Below, one piece after another: positions 12,091 through 20,878 of a stretch of DNA of 64,000 bases. The stretch lies in the NCBI GenBank assembly GCA_034439575.1, contig JAWXAQ010000002.1, forward strand, positions 211,640 through 275,639, written 5' to 3'. The translations under genes and the position numbers were made by a program. This DNA is from Leptospira sp. (GTDB taxonomy: Bacteria > Spirochaetota > Leptospiria > Leptospirales > Leptospiraceae). The notes under the pieces are model-generated. The model was not told where the DNA came from. It saw only the letters and a list, made by a program, of their open reading frames with translations, and ran no database searches. Each line of letters opens with the position of its first letter. The stretch's first letter is position 1.

Positions 12091-12116
12091 AATTTGTTAA
12101 ACAAAATGAACTAGGA

Positions 12117-13064
12117 TTAATTCCCAGAGCTAATCCTAGTTACATTCACACTAATGGTTCTTTCTGAACTTTGACCACTAAAGTCAGTAGCTTTTGTTTT
12201 AATCAGATTTTCTCCCGTTTTTAAATTCACTACACCTACAAGATATCTATCCTTAAAAAACAAATCATCAAACGTATAACCATTATAAGTTTTCCATTTC
12301 CCCTTTTCAAAATGGATGCTATCAAACTTAGTTTTTTTAACAACCTCGCCATTAAAAATAAATTCTAAATCACGAATCCCACGACGTTGGCTATTTTTCA
12401 TTCCCCCATCAAATATACTCACTGTTAGTGGGAATGCTTTGGATACATTGATATTATCACCATCGTTAATATTGGTGTATGTTTCGCCCACGTGAATAAA
12501 TAAATTCGCAATTTGAGGTGGCATGATATCTTCTAATTTTGGCAGATAACTGAGAGGATCTAGGAGTGTTTTACCATAGTCTTTACCGAGGACAAAATGA
12601 AGGTGTCCACCACTTGAGTGCCCAGTATTTCCTGAAATGCCTATCGGATCTCCAGATTTAATAGTTTTGTTTGAGCGAATATTCTCATGTCGTGAACCGG
12701 CCAAGTGATAGTATCCGCTAATATAACTATCTTTATGAGCGATCCAAACGATATTCCCTGACCCACGTTCATCTTCGAAAGGATTGTCTTCGGCATAACG
12801 AGAATACAACACATAACCGTCTGAAAGACTATGTACTGGCTGTAAGACGGACGAAATATCCAAACCATTATGAAAGTGGTCTTTACGTGATTCTCCGAAT
12901 GTGCTTGTAATCAGTGGGGCGAGGTCTAAATCTTTAATCGGCCATTGAAAGTTAGGTTTGGTATCTTGAGCAAAAAGACTATAAAATGAAAAATAAACAG
13001 AAAAGGAGATTAAAAAGAAAAGAAAACTTGCCACTTTGAATTGATATAGAACACTACTTTTCAT
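12117..13064 (-). CDS. M23 family metallopeptidase with signal peptide
   Basis: HNGLD (HxxxD) and HLHF (HxH) zinc motifs; GNTGHSSG; start trimmed to MKSSVLY. Confidence 0.9.
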   Translation of the reverse strand: MKSSVLYQFKVASFLFFLISFSVYFSFYSLFAQDTKPNFQWPIKDLDLAPLITSTFGESRKDHFHNGLDISSVLQPVHSLSDGYVLYSRYAEDNPFEDERGSGNIVWIAHKDSYISGYYHLAGSRHENIRSNKTIKSGDPIGISGNTGHSSGGHLHFVLGKDYGKTLLDPLSYLPKLEDIMPPQIANLFIHVGETYTNINDGDNINVSKAFPLTVSIFDGGMKNSQRRGIRDLEFIFNGEVVKKTKFDSIHFEKGKWKTYNGYTFDDLFFKDRYLVGVVNLKTGENLIKTKATDFSGQSSERTISVNVTRISSGN

Positions 13065-13109
13065 ATTTATGAAAATCTTTTCTTCGGGTTCATTTCGGGA
13101 AACAACATA

Positions 13110-14027
13110 ATGTCTTTGGTGACTCATTCAAATGAAGAAATATTGCAATTGGTCCAAAAGTGTGGGACAGGTGATATTGAGGCCCTTCGCCGATTTTTCG
13201 ATTTATATTCAAAGGATATTTACAACTTTCCCATTCGTGTCTTTCACCTTGCAGAAGATGACGCATCCGATTTTTATATTTATGCTTTTGAAAGGTTAAA
13301 ATCTGGAAAACGATTCAATAGTTTTGTCGGAAAATCGAGTTTTAAAACTTGGTTTTTTTCAGTCCTCCGCAATCTGCTGATTGATTGGCAGAGAACGAAA
13401 CGAGAATTAAAAATTCAATCCCTCAATAAATATAATAAGGACGGAGTAGAATATAACACGATCGAAGATGAACCTGATTTACGTCCTGACGCTCGTCTCA
13501 AAGCTGAGGCACTTTCTGAAAAATTTCAATTTGCCATTCATGATATTAAAATAGAAAACAGAATCGTTTTCAAACTATCTTTTATTTATTATCTACATTT
13601 AGATCCCGAAGAAATACAATTTATCGCTTCAAAAAATGGGATTTCCATCGAAGAAGTCAAATTGGAAATTCTTCGTTTAAGGGAAGTTATGTCAGAGAAG
13701 GAAGAAGAGAATATCAAACTTGAAGACAAGATAACTTCCTTATATTTGAATATACTAGATTTAAAAGAACAACAAAGATTAAACGCCAATGGCAATTCTT
13801 CAGAAGCGATTCATTTACGGGAAAGATTGGAACACTCTCTTCATAAGAAATATGAACAGAGAAAGAAATTGATCGAAAAAAAGCAAAGAGGTCATTTTTT
13901 AGTACGAACACCTTACCGTGAAATTTCCCGAATTTTGGGTGTTTCTGAGGGCGGAGTGAGCGTAACTTTGCTTAGAGTGATGGAAAAAATTCAAAAAAAG
14001 TACAAATTTTTTAATGAAGAATCCTAA
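13110..14027 (+). CDS. ECF-type sigma-70 family RNA polymerase sigma factor with coiled-coil insert
   Basis: Region 2 (DDASDFYIYAF...SSFKTWFFSVLRNLLIDWQR) and C-terminal region-4 HTH (PYREISRILGVSEGGVSVTLLR). Confidence 0.88.
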   Translation: MSLVTHSNEEILQLVQKCGTGDIEALRRFFDLYSKDIYNFPIRVFHLAEDDASDFYIYAFERLKSGKRFNSFVGKSSFKTWFFSVLRNLLIDWQRTKRELKIQSLNKYNKDGVEYNTIEDEPDLRPDARLKAEALSEKFQFAIHDIKIENRIVFKLSFIYYLHLDPEEIQFIASKNGISIEEVKLEILRLREVMSEKEEENIKLEDKITSLYLNILDLKEQQRLNANGNSSEAIHLRERLEHSLHKKYEQRKKLIEKKQRGHFLVRTPYREISRILGVSEGGVSVTLLRVMEKIQKKYKFFNEES

Positions 14028-14068
14028 AATTTTTCGTCATAATATCTTAAGATTGGAGTAGGCAGAGA

Positions 14069-14800
14069 ATGAAAAAAGCAGATATGTGCGATACCGATTG
14101 CTCCAAAGAGAAAATCCGTGAGTGGTTTCTTTCAGGGAAAGAAATTTCTAGTGAATTGTTAGTTTCTTGTGATGAATGTTTCCAGGAATTTACGGCTTGC
14201 GAAGAGAGCATAGTATCCCTATTTCCAGAGCATACAATTGTAACTTCTTCGCCCCAATTTGCTGCGTTCTATGAAGAACTAGATTTAGCAAAGGCAGAGA
14301 AGGCCATGTCAGTCACACACGAACTTCCCGATTTTTTAAAACACTATACTTCGGAAAATTTGGCTTTGCCTGAACGTAAAGATGCGCTACTGATTCGCCT
14401 CTCTCAAAAAGGAATCCAAGTCATAAATTCGCTTTTAGAGACAGTAAAAGTAGTGGAATCAATGACTCCAATGCCGATCCTTCGCAATGCCGTAGATGCT
14501 ATGTCACCTGACCATACTTCGGTGATCTTTGAAGAAACCGTTTCCAATGACCAAATATTTTATTACCAAATTGTCAAAGAAACATCTGATGACATTTATC
14601 TAAGTGTGAAAGCTCAATCTAGTATTCCGAATTTGTTTCATCAAGTGAACCTTCGTAAGGATGGAAGATTTATTTTATCGAGTAAAATTGCAGTAGATGG
14701 AATGGCAAGTTTTGCTGGTCTAAAAGCTGGGAATTATACTATAGAATTTCAAGGTGATGGCCAAGCAAAATCATTTGACTTAAGTATACTTGTAGGGTAA
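14069..14800 (+). CDS. Putative soluble anti-sigma factor (Cys motif N-terminus, beta-sandwich C-terminus)
   Basis: Directly after sigma gene; C-x3-C...LLVSCDEC resembles the ZAS motif; C-terminal DGMASFAGLKAGNYTIEF is CnaB/prealbumin-like; no TM segment. Confidence 0.5.
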   Translation: MKKADMCDTDCSKEKIREWFLSGKEISSELLVSCDECFQEFTACEESIVSLFPEHTIVTSSPQFAAFYEELDLAKAEKAMSVTHELPDFLKHYTSENLALPERKDALLIRLSQKGIQVINSLLETVKVVESMTPMPILRNAVDAMSPDHTSVIFEETVSNDQIFYYQIVKETSDDIYLSVKAQSSIPNLFHQVNLRKDGRFILSSKIAVDGMASFAGLKAGNYTIEFQGDGQAKSFDLSILVG

Positions 14801-14810
14801 TCTGCTATGT

Positions 14811-16628
14811 ATGCTTTCTCTTATCATTGATCGCGTTGGGAATGTAAATATTTTCAATGTTCTAGACGGAAATATTCCTGGAGAAGAGTCACACATTCAA
14901 TCAACGATCGACGATGATCTGATTTTAGAATATATCAATGAAGTTGAGAAACTCGTTCGAGTTTCCCAAGCAGTTCTCAATCATTCAAATAACATGGTCA
15001 ATGCGGATATCCTTCAAGATCTGCGTATTTTAGGCGAAACTTTTTATAAACAATTTTTTCCTGAGTCCATCATACACAAGTTAAAGACCACACAAAGAAA
15101 AAGCATACATTTTAATATTGATCCCACATTGGCACTAATTCCATGGGAGTTGCTTCATGATGGAAATTCGTTTTTATCTGATCATTTTCGCATTGGCAAA
15201 ACGATTCGAGGAGGTGTTCACAAATCACCTCATCGCCCGAACCAAATCATTAAAATGTTAATCATTGCGGATCCTACAGAAGATTTGCCTGGAGCACAAA
15301 AAGAAGGGGAGGCGTTATTTACAATTTTAAGTCAAAAAGTTCCTTCTCATTTACTAGAATTGGAATATATCGGCGGTCGGCAAGTCACCAAACTAAAGTT
15401 ACTTTCTTTGATTAAAGACAAACATATCATTCACTACTCTGGACATTTACATTTTTCGGACAATTCTTTAGAGAATGGATGGCTTTTATCTGATGATAAA
15501 ATTTTGAAAGCAAGAGAAATCAAATCATCAGGAATTAGTACAGATCTCGTTTTTTCAAATTCTTGTATGTCCGCAAAGACTTCTGGAAAAAAAATAAATA
15601 CTGACATTTTAAACCAACATGCAGGTGCTTTTTTAACCGCTGGAATCAAATCGTTTATTGGAACCAATTGGGAAATACTGGATAACCAAAGAACGATTGA
15701 TTTTACCATCAGATTTTATACTTCACTTTTTGCACAAAAATCAGTGGGTGAATCATTGTACTTAGCTAAAGAATTTGCGAGAAGGAATTTTTCATCACAT
15801 GACCTAACATGGGCAAATTATTCTCTTTTTGGAAATCCTGATTTTGCATTAATTTCCGAACAAAGTTCCATACTACCTTTACAAAAATTTTTGAATCCTT
15901 CGCAAGTTTGTGATTTATATCCTACACCCATTGCCAAAGCATATTCTAAATTTCTAATGAAACAAAAATCAAATTCCGCCGAATTAGAAATCCTCGAATC
16001 TGCAGTTAAGGTTTTTGAATCCTTAAGCCAAGTCGTTGGATTGATCGTATTTAGTGATCACAAATTTCATTCTATGGATAAAGCGATTCCGAATAACCCT
16101 GATGATGCGCTTAATTTAAGAAAATGGTGGGAGTTGGTATATAGCTGTTTATGGGATTTTCAAAAATTAAAAATCTCCACTTTCATGGACGCCATCACTG
16201 AAAAATTAAACCAACAAAAAGATACTATTTTTAAAATTGTGAATTGGCTTGAGTCCTGGGAAGATAAAAAAATTCAAAAGGAAGAATATGAATCCTATTT
16301 GATAATATTTCAATTTTTCATTGATAATTTATTATTCGATTTGAAAGAACTTGAGAATGTTAACATCTTACTCGTTTCAGAAAATCAAAATCCACATTAT
16401 TATTTTAAGGGCATCAAACCTACATACGGATCGATCTCAAATCCAGGTGCCAAATCTTCTTTGAATGATTTGATCTCGGTTTACAAAGGTTCGCTTGTAC
16501 TGTATCATGATACAAAAAAATGTATCATACCCTACGCCACTTATTTTAAAGAAAGAAAAGAATCGGGTGATTTGGAATTGGTTTTTAATGGTCTACTGCC
16601 ATCAAAAATGGAGAAAAGTTCGGCTTGA
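14811..16628 (+). CDS. CHAT domain (caspase HetF-associated) protease
   Basis: LIPWELL, ADPTEDLPGAQKEG, HYSGH and FSNSC catalytic dyad, AFLTAG, IGTNW and WANYSLFG motifs. Confidence 0.9.
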   Translation: MLSLIIDRVGNVNIFNVLDGNIPGEESHIQSTIDDDLILEYINEVEKLVRVSQAVLNHSNNMVNADILQDLRILGETFYKQFFPESIIHKLKTTQRKSIHFNIDPTLALIPWELLHDGNSFLSDHFRIGKTIRGGVHKSPHRPNQIIKMLIIADPTEDLPGAQKEGEALFTILSQKVPSHLLELEYIGGRQVTKLKLLSLIKDKHIIHYSGHLHFSDNSLENGWLLSDDKILKAREIKSSGISTDLVFSNSCMSAKTSGKKINTDILNQHAGAFLTAGIKSFIGTNWEILDNQRTIDFTIRFYTSLFAQKSVGESLYLAKEFARRNFSSHDLTWANYSLFGNPDFALISEQSSILPLQKFLNPSQVCDLYPTPIAKAYSKFLMKQKSNSAELEILESAVKVFESLSQVVGLIVFSDHKFHSMDKAIPNNPDDALNLRKWWELVYSCLWDFQKLKISTFMDAITEKLNQQKDTIFKIVNWLESWEDKKIQKEEYESYLIIFQFFIDNLLFDLKELENVNILLVSENQNPHYYFKGIKPTYGSISNPGAKSSLNDLISVYKGSLVLYHDTKKCIIPYATYFKERKESGDLELVFNGLLPSKMEKSSA

Positions 16629-17329
16629 GTCTATGCCATCCAGATGAGGGTTCTGTATCCTGTGGTGCTTGTTGTGGACTTTTTAATTTAAAGCTAGATA
16701 CAAACGGATATAAGACCTTACTCTCCGAGCGCACGTTAAACTTCCATTCATCTGTAAATTTTAATGAACGGCATACCATAGCCGCATATAGACAAGATCG
16801 TGAAAAAATAGAACAATCATTTTTAAAAAATGATGAAACTACATACAATTGCCCTTACCTTGGTTATGTGGACAAAAAGTCATCAAAAATAGGATGTATG
16901 ATACATCCTATTTTCACAGGTGATCCCAAAAGTCAGAATTTTTCCATTTATGGAACATCCATTTGTCAAGCCTATGATTGCAAAAACAAAGAACACCTTG
17001 CCTCTACACTAATTGAATCATTTATTAATAGAGTCGCGAGAGATAGTGTGGAATATTCGCATCTTGCTTCAGACCATATACTTTTCTTTGTGATTCAAAA
17101 TTGGTTAAGTATAAAATCTTGGAGTTTATCGGAAGGGTTTTTGAAATTTGAAAGTTTGATATTAGAGATTTTAGAATTGAGACTAAAGAAAATTTCTAAA
17201 TATTTTCCCACATCCTTTGAAATTCGTTTTGAAAATTTCATTTCTGAAGAGGAAATTTATTCTTATTTTTATGAGTTGTTAGGGGAAGATATGACAGCTA
17301 AAATGAAAAATGCCCCAGCGAGAGTTTAA
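16625..17329 (+). CDS. Cys-rich YkgJ-like putative Zn/Fe-S binding protein
   Basis: CGACCG...CPYLG...GCMIHP...ICQAYDC; TTG start overlaps the CHAT stop codon. Confidence 0.55.
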   Translation: MSLCHPDEGSVSCGACCGLFNLKLDTNGYKTLLSERTLNFHSSVNFNERHTIAAYRQDREKIEQSFLKNDETTYNCPYLGYVDKKSSKIGCMIHPIFTGDPKSQNFSIYGTSICQAYDCKNKEHLASTLIESFINRVARDSVEYSHLASDHILFFVIQNWLSIKSWSLSEGFLKFESLILEILELRLKKISKYFPTSFEIRFENFISEEEIYSYFYELLGEDMTAKMKNAPARV

Positions 17330-17342
17330 CACTCACCAGGGC
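17312..17342 (-). terminator. Intrinsic terminator of phasin-like gene
   Basis: Minus strand GCCCTGGTGAG...CTCGCTGGGGC stem (with G-U pairs) followed by ATTTTT. Confidence 0.6.
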
Positions 17343-17367
17343 TTTGCTTACAATCCAAAAGATTAAA

Positions 17368-17634
17368 TTAAGCTTTTGAAGTTACAGAAGAAACTTTTTG
17401 TTTTGCTTCTTCTACAGTAGCATTTACTTTTCCAGCTAGAACTTCTAATTGAGAAATTCCTTCTTGAAGGTATTTTCTAAGGTTAACAGAAGTTTCGCTT
17501 TGGTCTTGTGCACCTTTCGCTGCAAGAGTTTGAAATTCAGTGTTCAATTTTGAAATCGCTGATTCAGTTTCAGTTTTTACAGTAGTTACTGCGCCTAAGA
17601 TAAAGTTTAATCCGTCTTTTACAACTTGTTCCAT
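17368..17634 (-). CDS. Phasin-related / granule-associated small helical protein
   Basis: 88-aa amphipathic helical protein (LNFILGAV...FQTLAAKG) resembling PhaF/PhaI-type granule proteins; RBS GAGGAA. Confidence 0.55.
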   Translation of the reverse strand: MEQVVKDGLNFILGAVTTVKTETESAISKLNTEFQTLAAKGAQDQSETSVNLRKYLQEGISQLEVLAGKVNATVEEAKQKVSSVTSKA

Positions 17635-17657
17635 TTTTCGGTTCCTCGTTTAAATGT

Positions 17658-17691
17658 TTGTGCATTGCACTATTCCTTTTTGTGCACTGCA
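17658..17691 (-). promoter_or_regulatory. Two tandem PhaR-like boxes
   Basis: Minus strand TGCAATGCACAA (17658-17669) and TGCAGTGCACAA (17680-17691), 22 bp apart. Confidence 0.55.
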
Positions 17692-17750
17692 CCGAAAACG
17701 TCAACCTTATTTTTAACTTTTTTTACAGGCCTCAGAAAAAAAAATGTCAT

Positions 17751-18824
17751 ATGCCCAATGAGCCTTTTTTACCCATTTCCTGGACAAATTCCTCACTTCA
17801 ATTATTGGACCAAAGGCTTTTGCCCCTAAAGAAGGTTTTTCTACACATTGAATCCCTAGATGAGACAGTGTTTGCAATTAAAGAAATGGCTGTTAGGGGA
17901 GCTCCAGCCATTGCCATCACTGGAATTTTTGGTCTAGCCCTTGGTGCCAAGGCGAAATCGGGAAATGTAAGTCCGACTGATGTTAAGAACTTAATCAAAA
18001 AAATACATGAGTCTCGTCCGACGGCTGTTAACCTTAGTTATGCCTTAAAAGAAGCAGAAATCCGCATTCAAAACAGTACTACTTGGGACTCCATTTATAC
18101 AATTTGGGAAGCATTTGGCAAAGAGTTGATGTTAAATGATCTAAGCGACAATTTAAAATTAGGTGAAAATGGAATCAAATTGTTTGATCCATCGAACGAA
18201 GAATTTCATATTATCACTCATTGCAATACGGGTGCTCTCGCTACGGCAGGACATGGGACTGCCCTTGGTGTCATTCGTTCTCTAAGAGATGCTGGAAAAA
18301 AAGTAATCGTATACGCAGATGAAACTAGACCATTTTTGCAAGGTTCCAGGTTGACTGCATTTGAAATGATGGAAGAAGGTATCGAGTGTTATATCATCAC
18401 CGATGGTATGTCTGGTTGGCTTATGAACTCACGTAAGATTGATGCCGTTATCGTTGGTTGTGACCGTGTGGCACAAAATGGAGACACAGCTAACAAAATT
18501 GGCACAATGAACTTAGCGATAGTCGCTAAAAACTTCCAAATTCCTTTTTATGTTTGTGCGACAAAAGATAGTTTTGATCTGAATTTAGAATCAGGAAAAA
18601 GTATCCCGATTGAAATGCGAAGGGAAGAAGAAGTGACAAGGTTTGATTTTATTAAAAAAAGTGACGGTGAGGTTTATATGGAAGCTGGCATGACTTCACC
18701 ACTTGGGGCAAGAGCCTTGAATCCTTCTTTTGATGTCACACCGCATTCGTTGATAACTTCTTTCATAACAGAATTTGGCTGTTTTCCTCCATCTGAAATT
18801 TCAAATCGTCTAAAACAAAGGTAA
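17751..18824 (+). CDS. mtnA: S-methyl-5-thioribose-1-phosphate isomerase
   Basis: LLDQR, VRGAPAI, SRPTAVNL, HCNTGALAT, ETRPFLQGSRLTA, ANKIGT and NPSFDVTP motifs; start trimmed to MPNEPF. Confidence 0.95.
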   Translation: MPNEPFLPISWTNSSLQLLDQRLLPLKKVFLHIESLDETVFAIKEMAVRGAPAIAITGIFGLALGAKAKSGNVSPTDVKNLIKKIHESRPTAVNLSYALKEAEIRIQNSTTWDSIYTIWEAFGKELMLNDLSDNLKLGENGIKLFDPSNEEFHIITHCNTGALATAGHGTALGVIRSLRDAGKKVIVYADETRPFLQGSRLTAFEMMEEGIECYIITDGMSGWLMNSRKIDAVIVGCDRVAQNGDTANKIGTMNLAIVAKNFQIPFYVCATKDSFDLNLESGKSIPIEMRREEEVTRFDFIKKSDGEVYMEAGMTSPLGARALNPSFDVTPHSLITSFITEFGCFPPSEISNRLKQR

Positions 18825-18827
18825 TAT

Positions 18828-19337
18828 ATGGAAGAAATAGCAACACTTGGGGGCGGATGTTTTTGGTGTGTAGAAGCCGTGTTTATTCGAATCCCTGGAA
18901 TCATTTCACTTACTTCTGGTTATGCTGGGGGAAAAACAAAAAATCCCACGTACAAAGAAATCTGCACGGGAACGACAGGACATGCCGAAGTCATTCAAAT
19001 TAAATTCAATAATACTATGATCAGTTATTCGCAAGTATTAGATATTTTTTGGCATGCACATGATCCCACAACTTTGAACCGTCAGGGCAATGATGTGGGA
19101 ACTCAATATCGATCAGTGATATTTTACCATGATGAAAAACAAAAACTCATCGCTGAAAATTCTAAATTAGAATCAGCGTATTTATTTCCAAAACCTATCG
19201 TTACTGAAATTTCCCCGCTTCCTGAATTTTATCCAGCGGAAGATTACCATCAAAACTATTTTGAAAATAATCCAACAAATCCATATTGCAATTATGTGAT
19301 ATTGCCAAAGTTGGAAAAGTTGGGATTAAAATTATAA
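18828..19337 (+). CDS. msrA: Peptide-methionine (S)-S-oxide reductase
   Basis: [25 protein letters not shown] and AEDYHQNY motifs. Confidence 0.96.
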   Translation: MEEIATLGGGCFWCVEAVFIRIPGIISLTSGYAGGKTKNPTYKEICTGTTGHAEVIQIKFNNTMISYSQVLDIFWHAHDPTTLNRQGNDVGTQYRSVIFYHDEKQKLIAENSKLESAYLFPKPIVTEISPLPEFYPAEDYHQNYFENNPTNPYCNYVILPKLEKLGLKL

Positions 19338-19340
19338 AAT

Positions 19341-20831
19341 CTATTTTGACGCTTTAAAAGCCGTCATCATAGCTTTGTCTTGATTTGGAAAAAAGTTCAT
19401 GACAAATGAAGATTGGGATTTCGAGATTTTTTCAATCTGTCTTCTGTATTTGATCACAGCTCCAGGGTGAGCTGTATTGCGCACTACCACTTTCACATTA
19501 TCAGTGCTATACCGAGCAGAGCGTAGTTCTTCCACTTTGGATTTTAATAATTCCAAAGTTTTTGATTTTTTTGAATACGCATCAAAAACATCTTTGAACT
19601 TTTGTTTCCTCGCCTCATCTAGGTTACCGCGCATTCTTTGAACTACTTCTTTGATTTTGTGAATTTCAGGTAAAACAGCTTCCAATTCTTTTTCTAATTC
19701 GATGAGTCTCGCCGAACCTTCGTTTAACAATCGATCATTTTTAAAATGGAATCCTACTTCGACAGAAGTATCCATTTGTGCTGGTGATCCGAGGGAAGAC
19801 ATAGTAATTCCTTTATAGGCAATGACATCAGATCCGATTAAAGAAGAAGTTTCACCAGTAAGAACAATATTTCCTAAACAGTAAATCTTTGAGCCAAGGA
19901 TAAAGTTTTCAATGATGCAATCTCCATCAACTTCAAGGATCGCATTTTCCACAAATTTTGTGCGAAGTTCTCCTTTGATCCTTATGACACCTTTCCCTTT
20001 GCCTTTCACGCCACCCTTAACTTCTAAGTCTTCACCAACAGTAACTTCAGAAGACTCAACATTCCCTTCCAAATATAAAGAACCAGAACAAACAAGGACT
20101 GCTCCTTCTTCAATAGTTCCTTTCACTCGAATGGTTCCGTCAAAATTAATATTTCCCGTACCTAATCCGATACTAGATTCAATGTTTAACTCTGGTGAGA
20201 CGGTAAGTGAATTGTCAGTAGAAAATACCACACCACTAAGTGCCGCGTAATATTCTTTAATTTGAAGACTTGGATTTTCAGGATCTGGAACAGTTTTTGG
20301 TAAAACATTTTTTCCGAGAGTGAGCTTGGGTCTATCAATGGGATTTGGATAAATCGGTTTTCCCTCTACGTCAATTCCTTGTTCGCCGGGAACTCCTTCA
20401 AAAAGGGAAGCTAATTTATCACCTTCATTAATGTGAATGTATTTATTAATATTTCTAAAATCGGCACTGCCATCTTCTTTCAGAACAACTCTCTGGGCTC
20501 TTTGAAAAAAGAATTTAATCCATCCATTGATTCCTTGTTTGGCGGGAATGCCCTTGGCAACAACGAACTCTAAAGTTGCTTTTTGTTGTTCCGTATCTTT
20601 TAAGGCAACTTGAATCGCTCGAGCCGCTTCTTCGACAGCTTTTAATTCAATACGATCTCTATGTACTCCGCTGGATTCTACATATTCAAGTAGCACTAAG
20701 TGGTTTAATTCTCCACCCATGAGCCAAAGCGGTTTTGCTGTCATTATACAGCTAAGGCGGTCATCGGATATTTTGAAATTAAGTCCCCGACCGGGATTGA
20801 ATTCTTGTGATGGACCTGGTGCTGAACTCAT
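19341..20831 (-). CDS. FapA family (DUF342) flagellar assembly protein
   Basis: DGSADFR, GNINFDGTIRVKGTIEEG beta-helix, C-terminal coiled coil, HPGAVIK. Confidence 0.8.
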   Translation of the reverse strand: MSSAPGPSQEFNPGRGLNFKISDDRLSCIMTAKPLWLMGGELNHLVLLEYVESSGVHRDRIELKAVEEAARAIQVALKDTEQQKATLEFVVAKGIPAKQGINGWIKFFFQRAQRVVLKEDGSADFRNINKYIHINEGDKLASLFEGVPGEQGIDVEGKPIYPNPIDRPKLTLGKNVLPKTVPDPENPSLQIKEYYAALSGVVFSTDNSLTVSPELNIESSIGLGTGNINFDGTIRVKGTIEEGAVLVCSGSLYLEGNVESSEVTVGEDLEVKGGVKGKGKGVIRIKGELRTKFVENAILEVDGDCIIENFILGSKIYCLGNIVLTGETSSLIGSDVIAYKGITMSSLGSPAQMDTSVEVGFHFKNDRLLNEGSARLIELEKELEAVLPEIHKIKEVVQRMRGNLDEARKQKFKDVFDAYSKKSKTLELLKSKVEELRSARYSTDNVKVVVRNTAHPGAVIKYRRQIEKISKSQSSFVMNFFPNQDKAMMTAFKASK

Positions 20832-20841
20832 TCTGTAGCTA

Positions 20842-20849
20842 TTATCGGC
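20842..20849 (-). promoter_or_regulatory. sigma28-like -10 element
   Basis: Perfect GCCGATAA 10 nt upstream of the fapA-like start; no clear -35. Confidence 0.45.
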
Positions 20850-20878
20850 ATCCCTAACTTAAAAACATAGTATTTAGT

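Noticed and set aside
13110-17329. CRISPR-associated (type III-E/III-B) locus
   Set aside because: No cas genes, SAVED/CARF domain or repeat-spacer array anywhere in the window.
17658-17750. Upstream TTG start for mtnA
   Set aside because: It runs through the divergent promoter and operator region; homology begins near MPNEPF.
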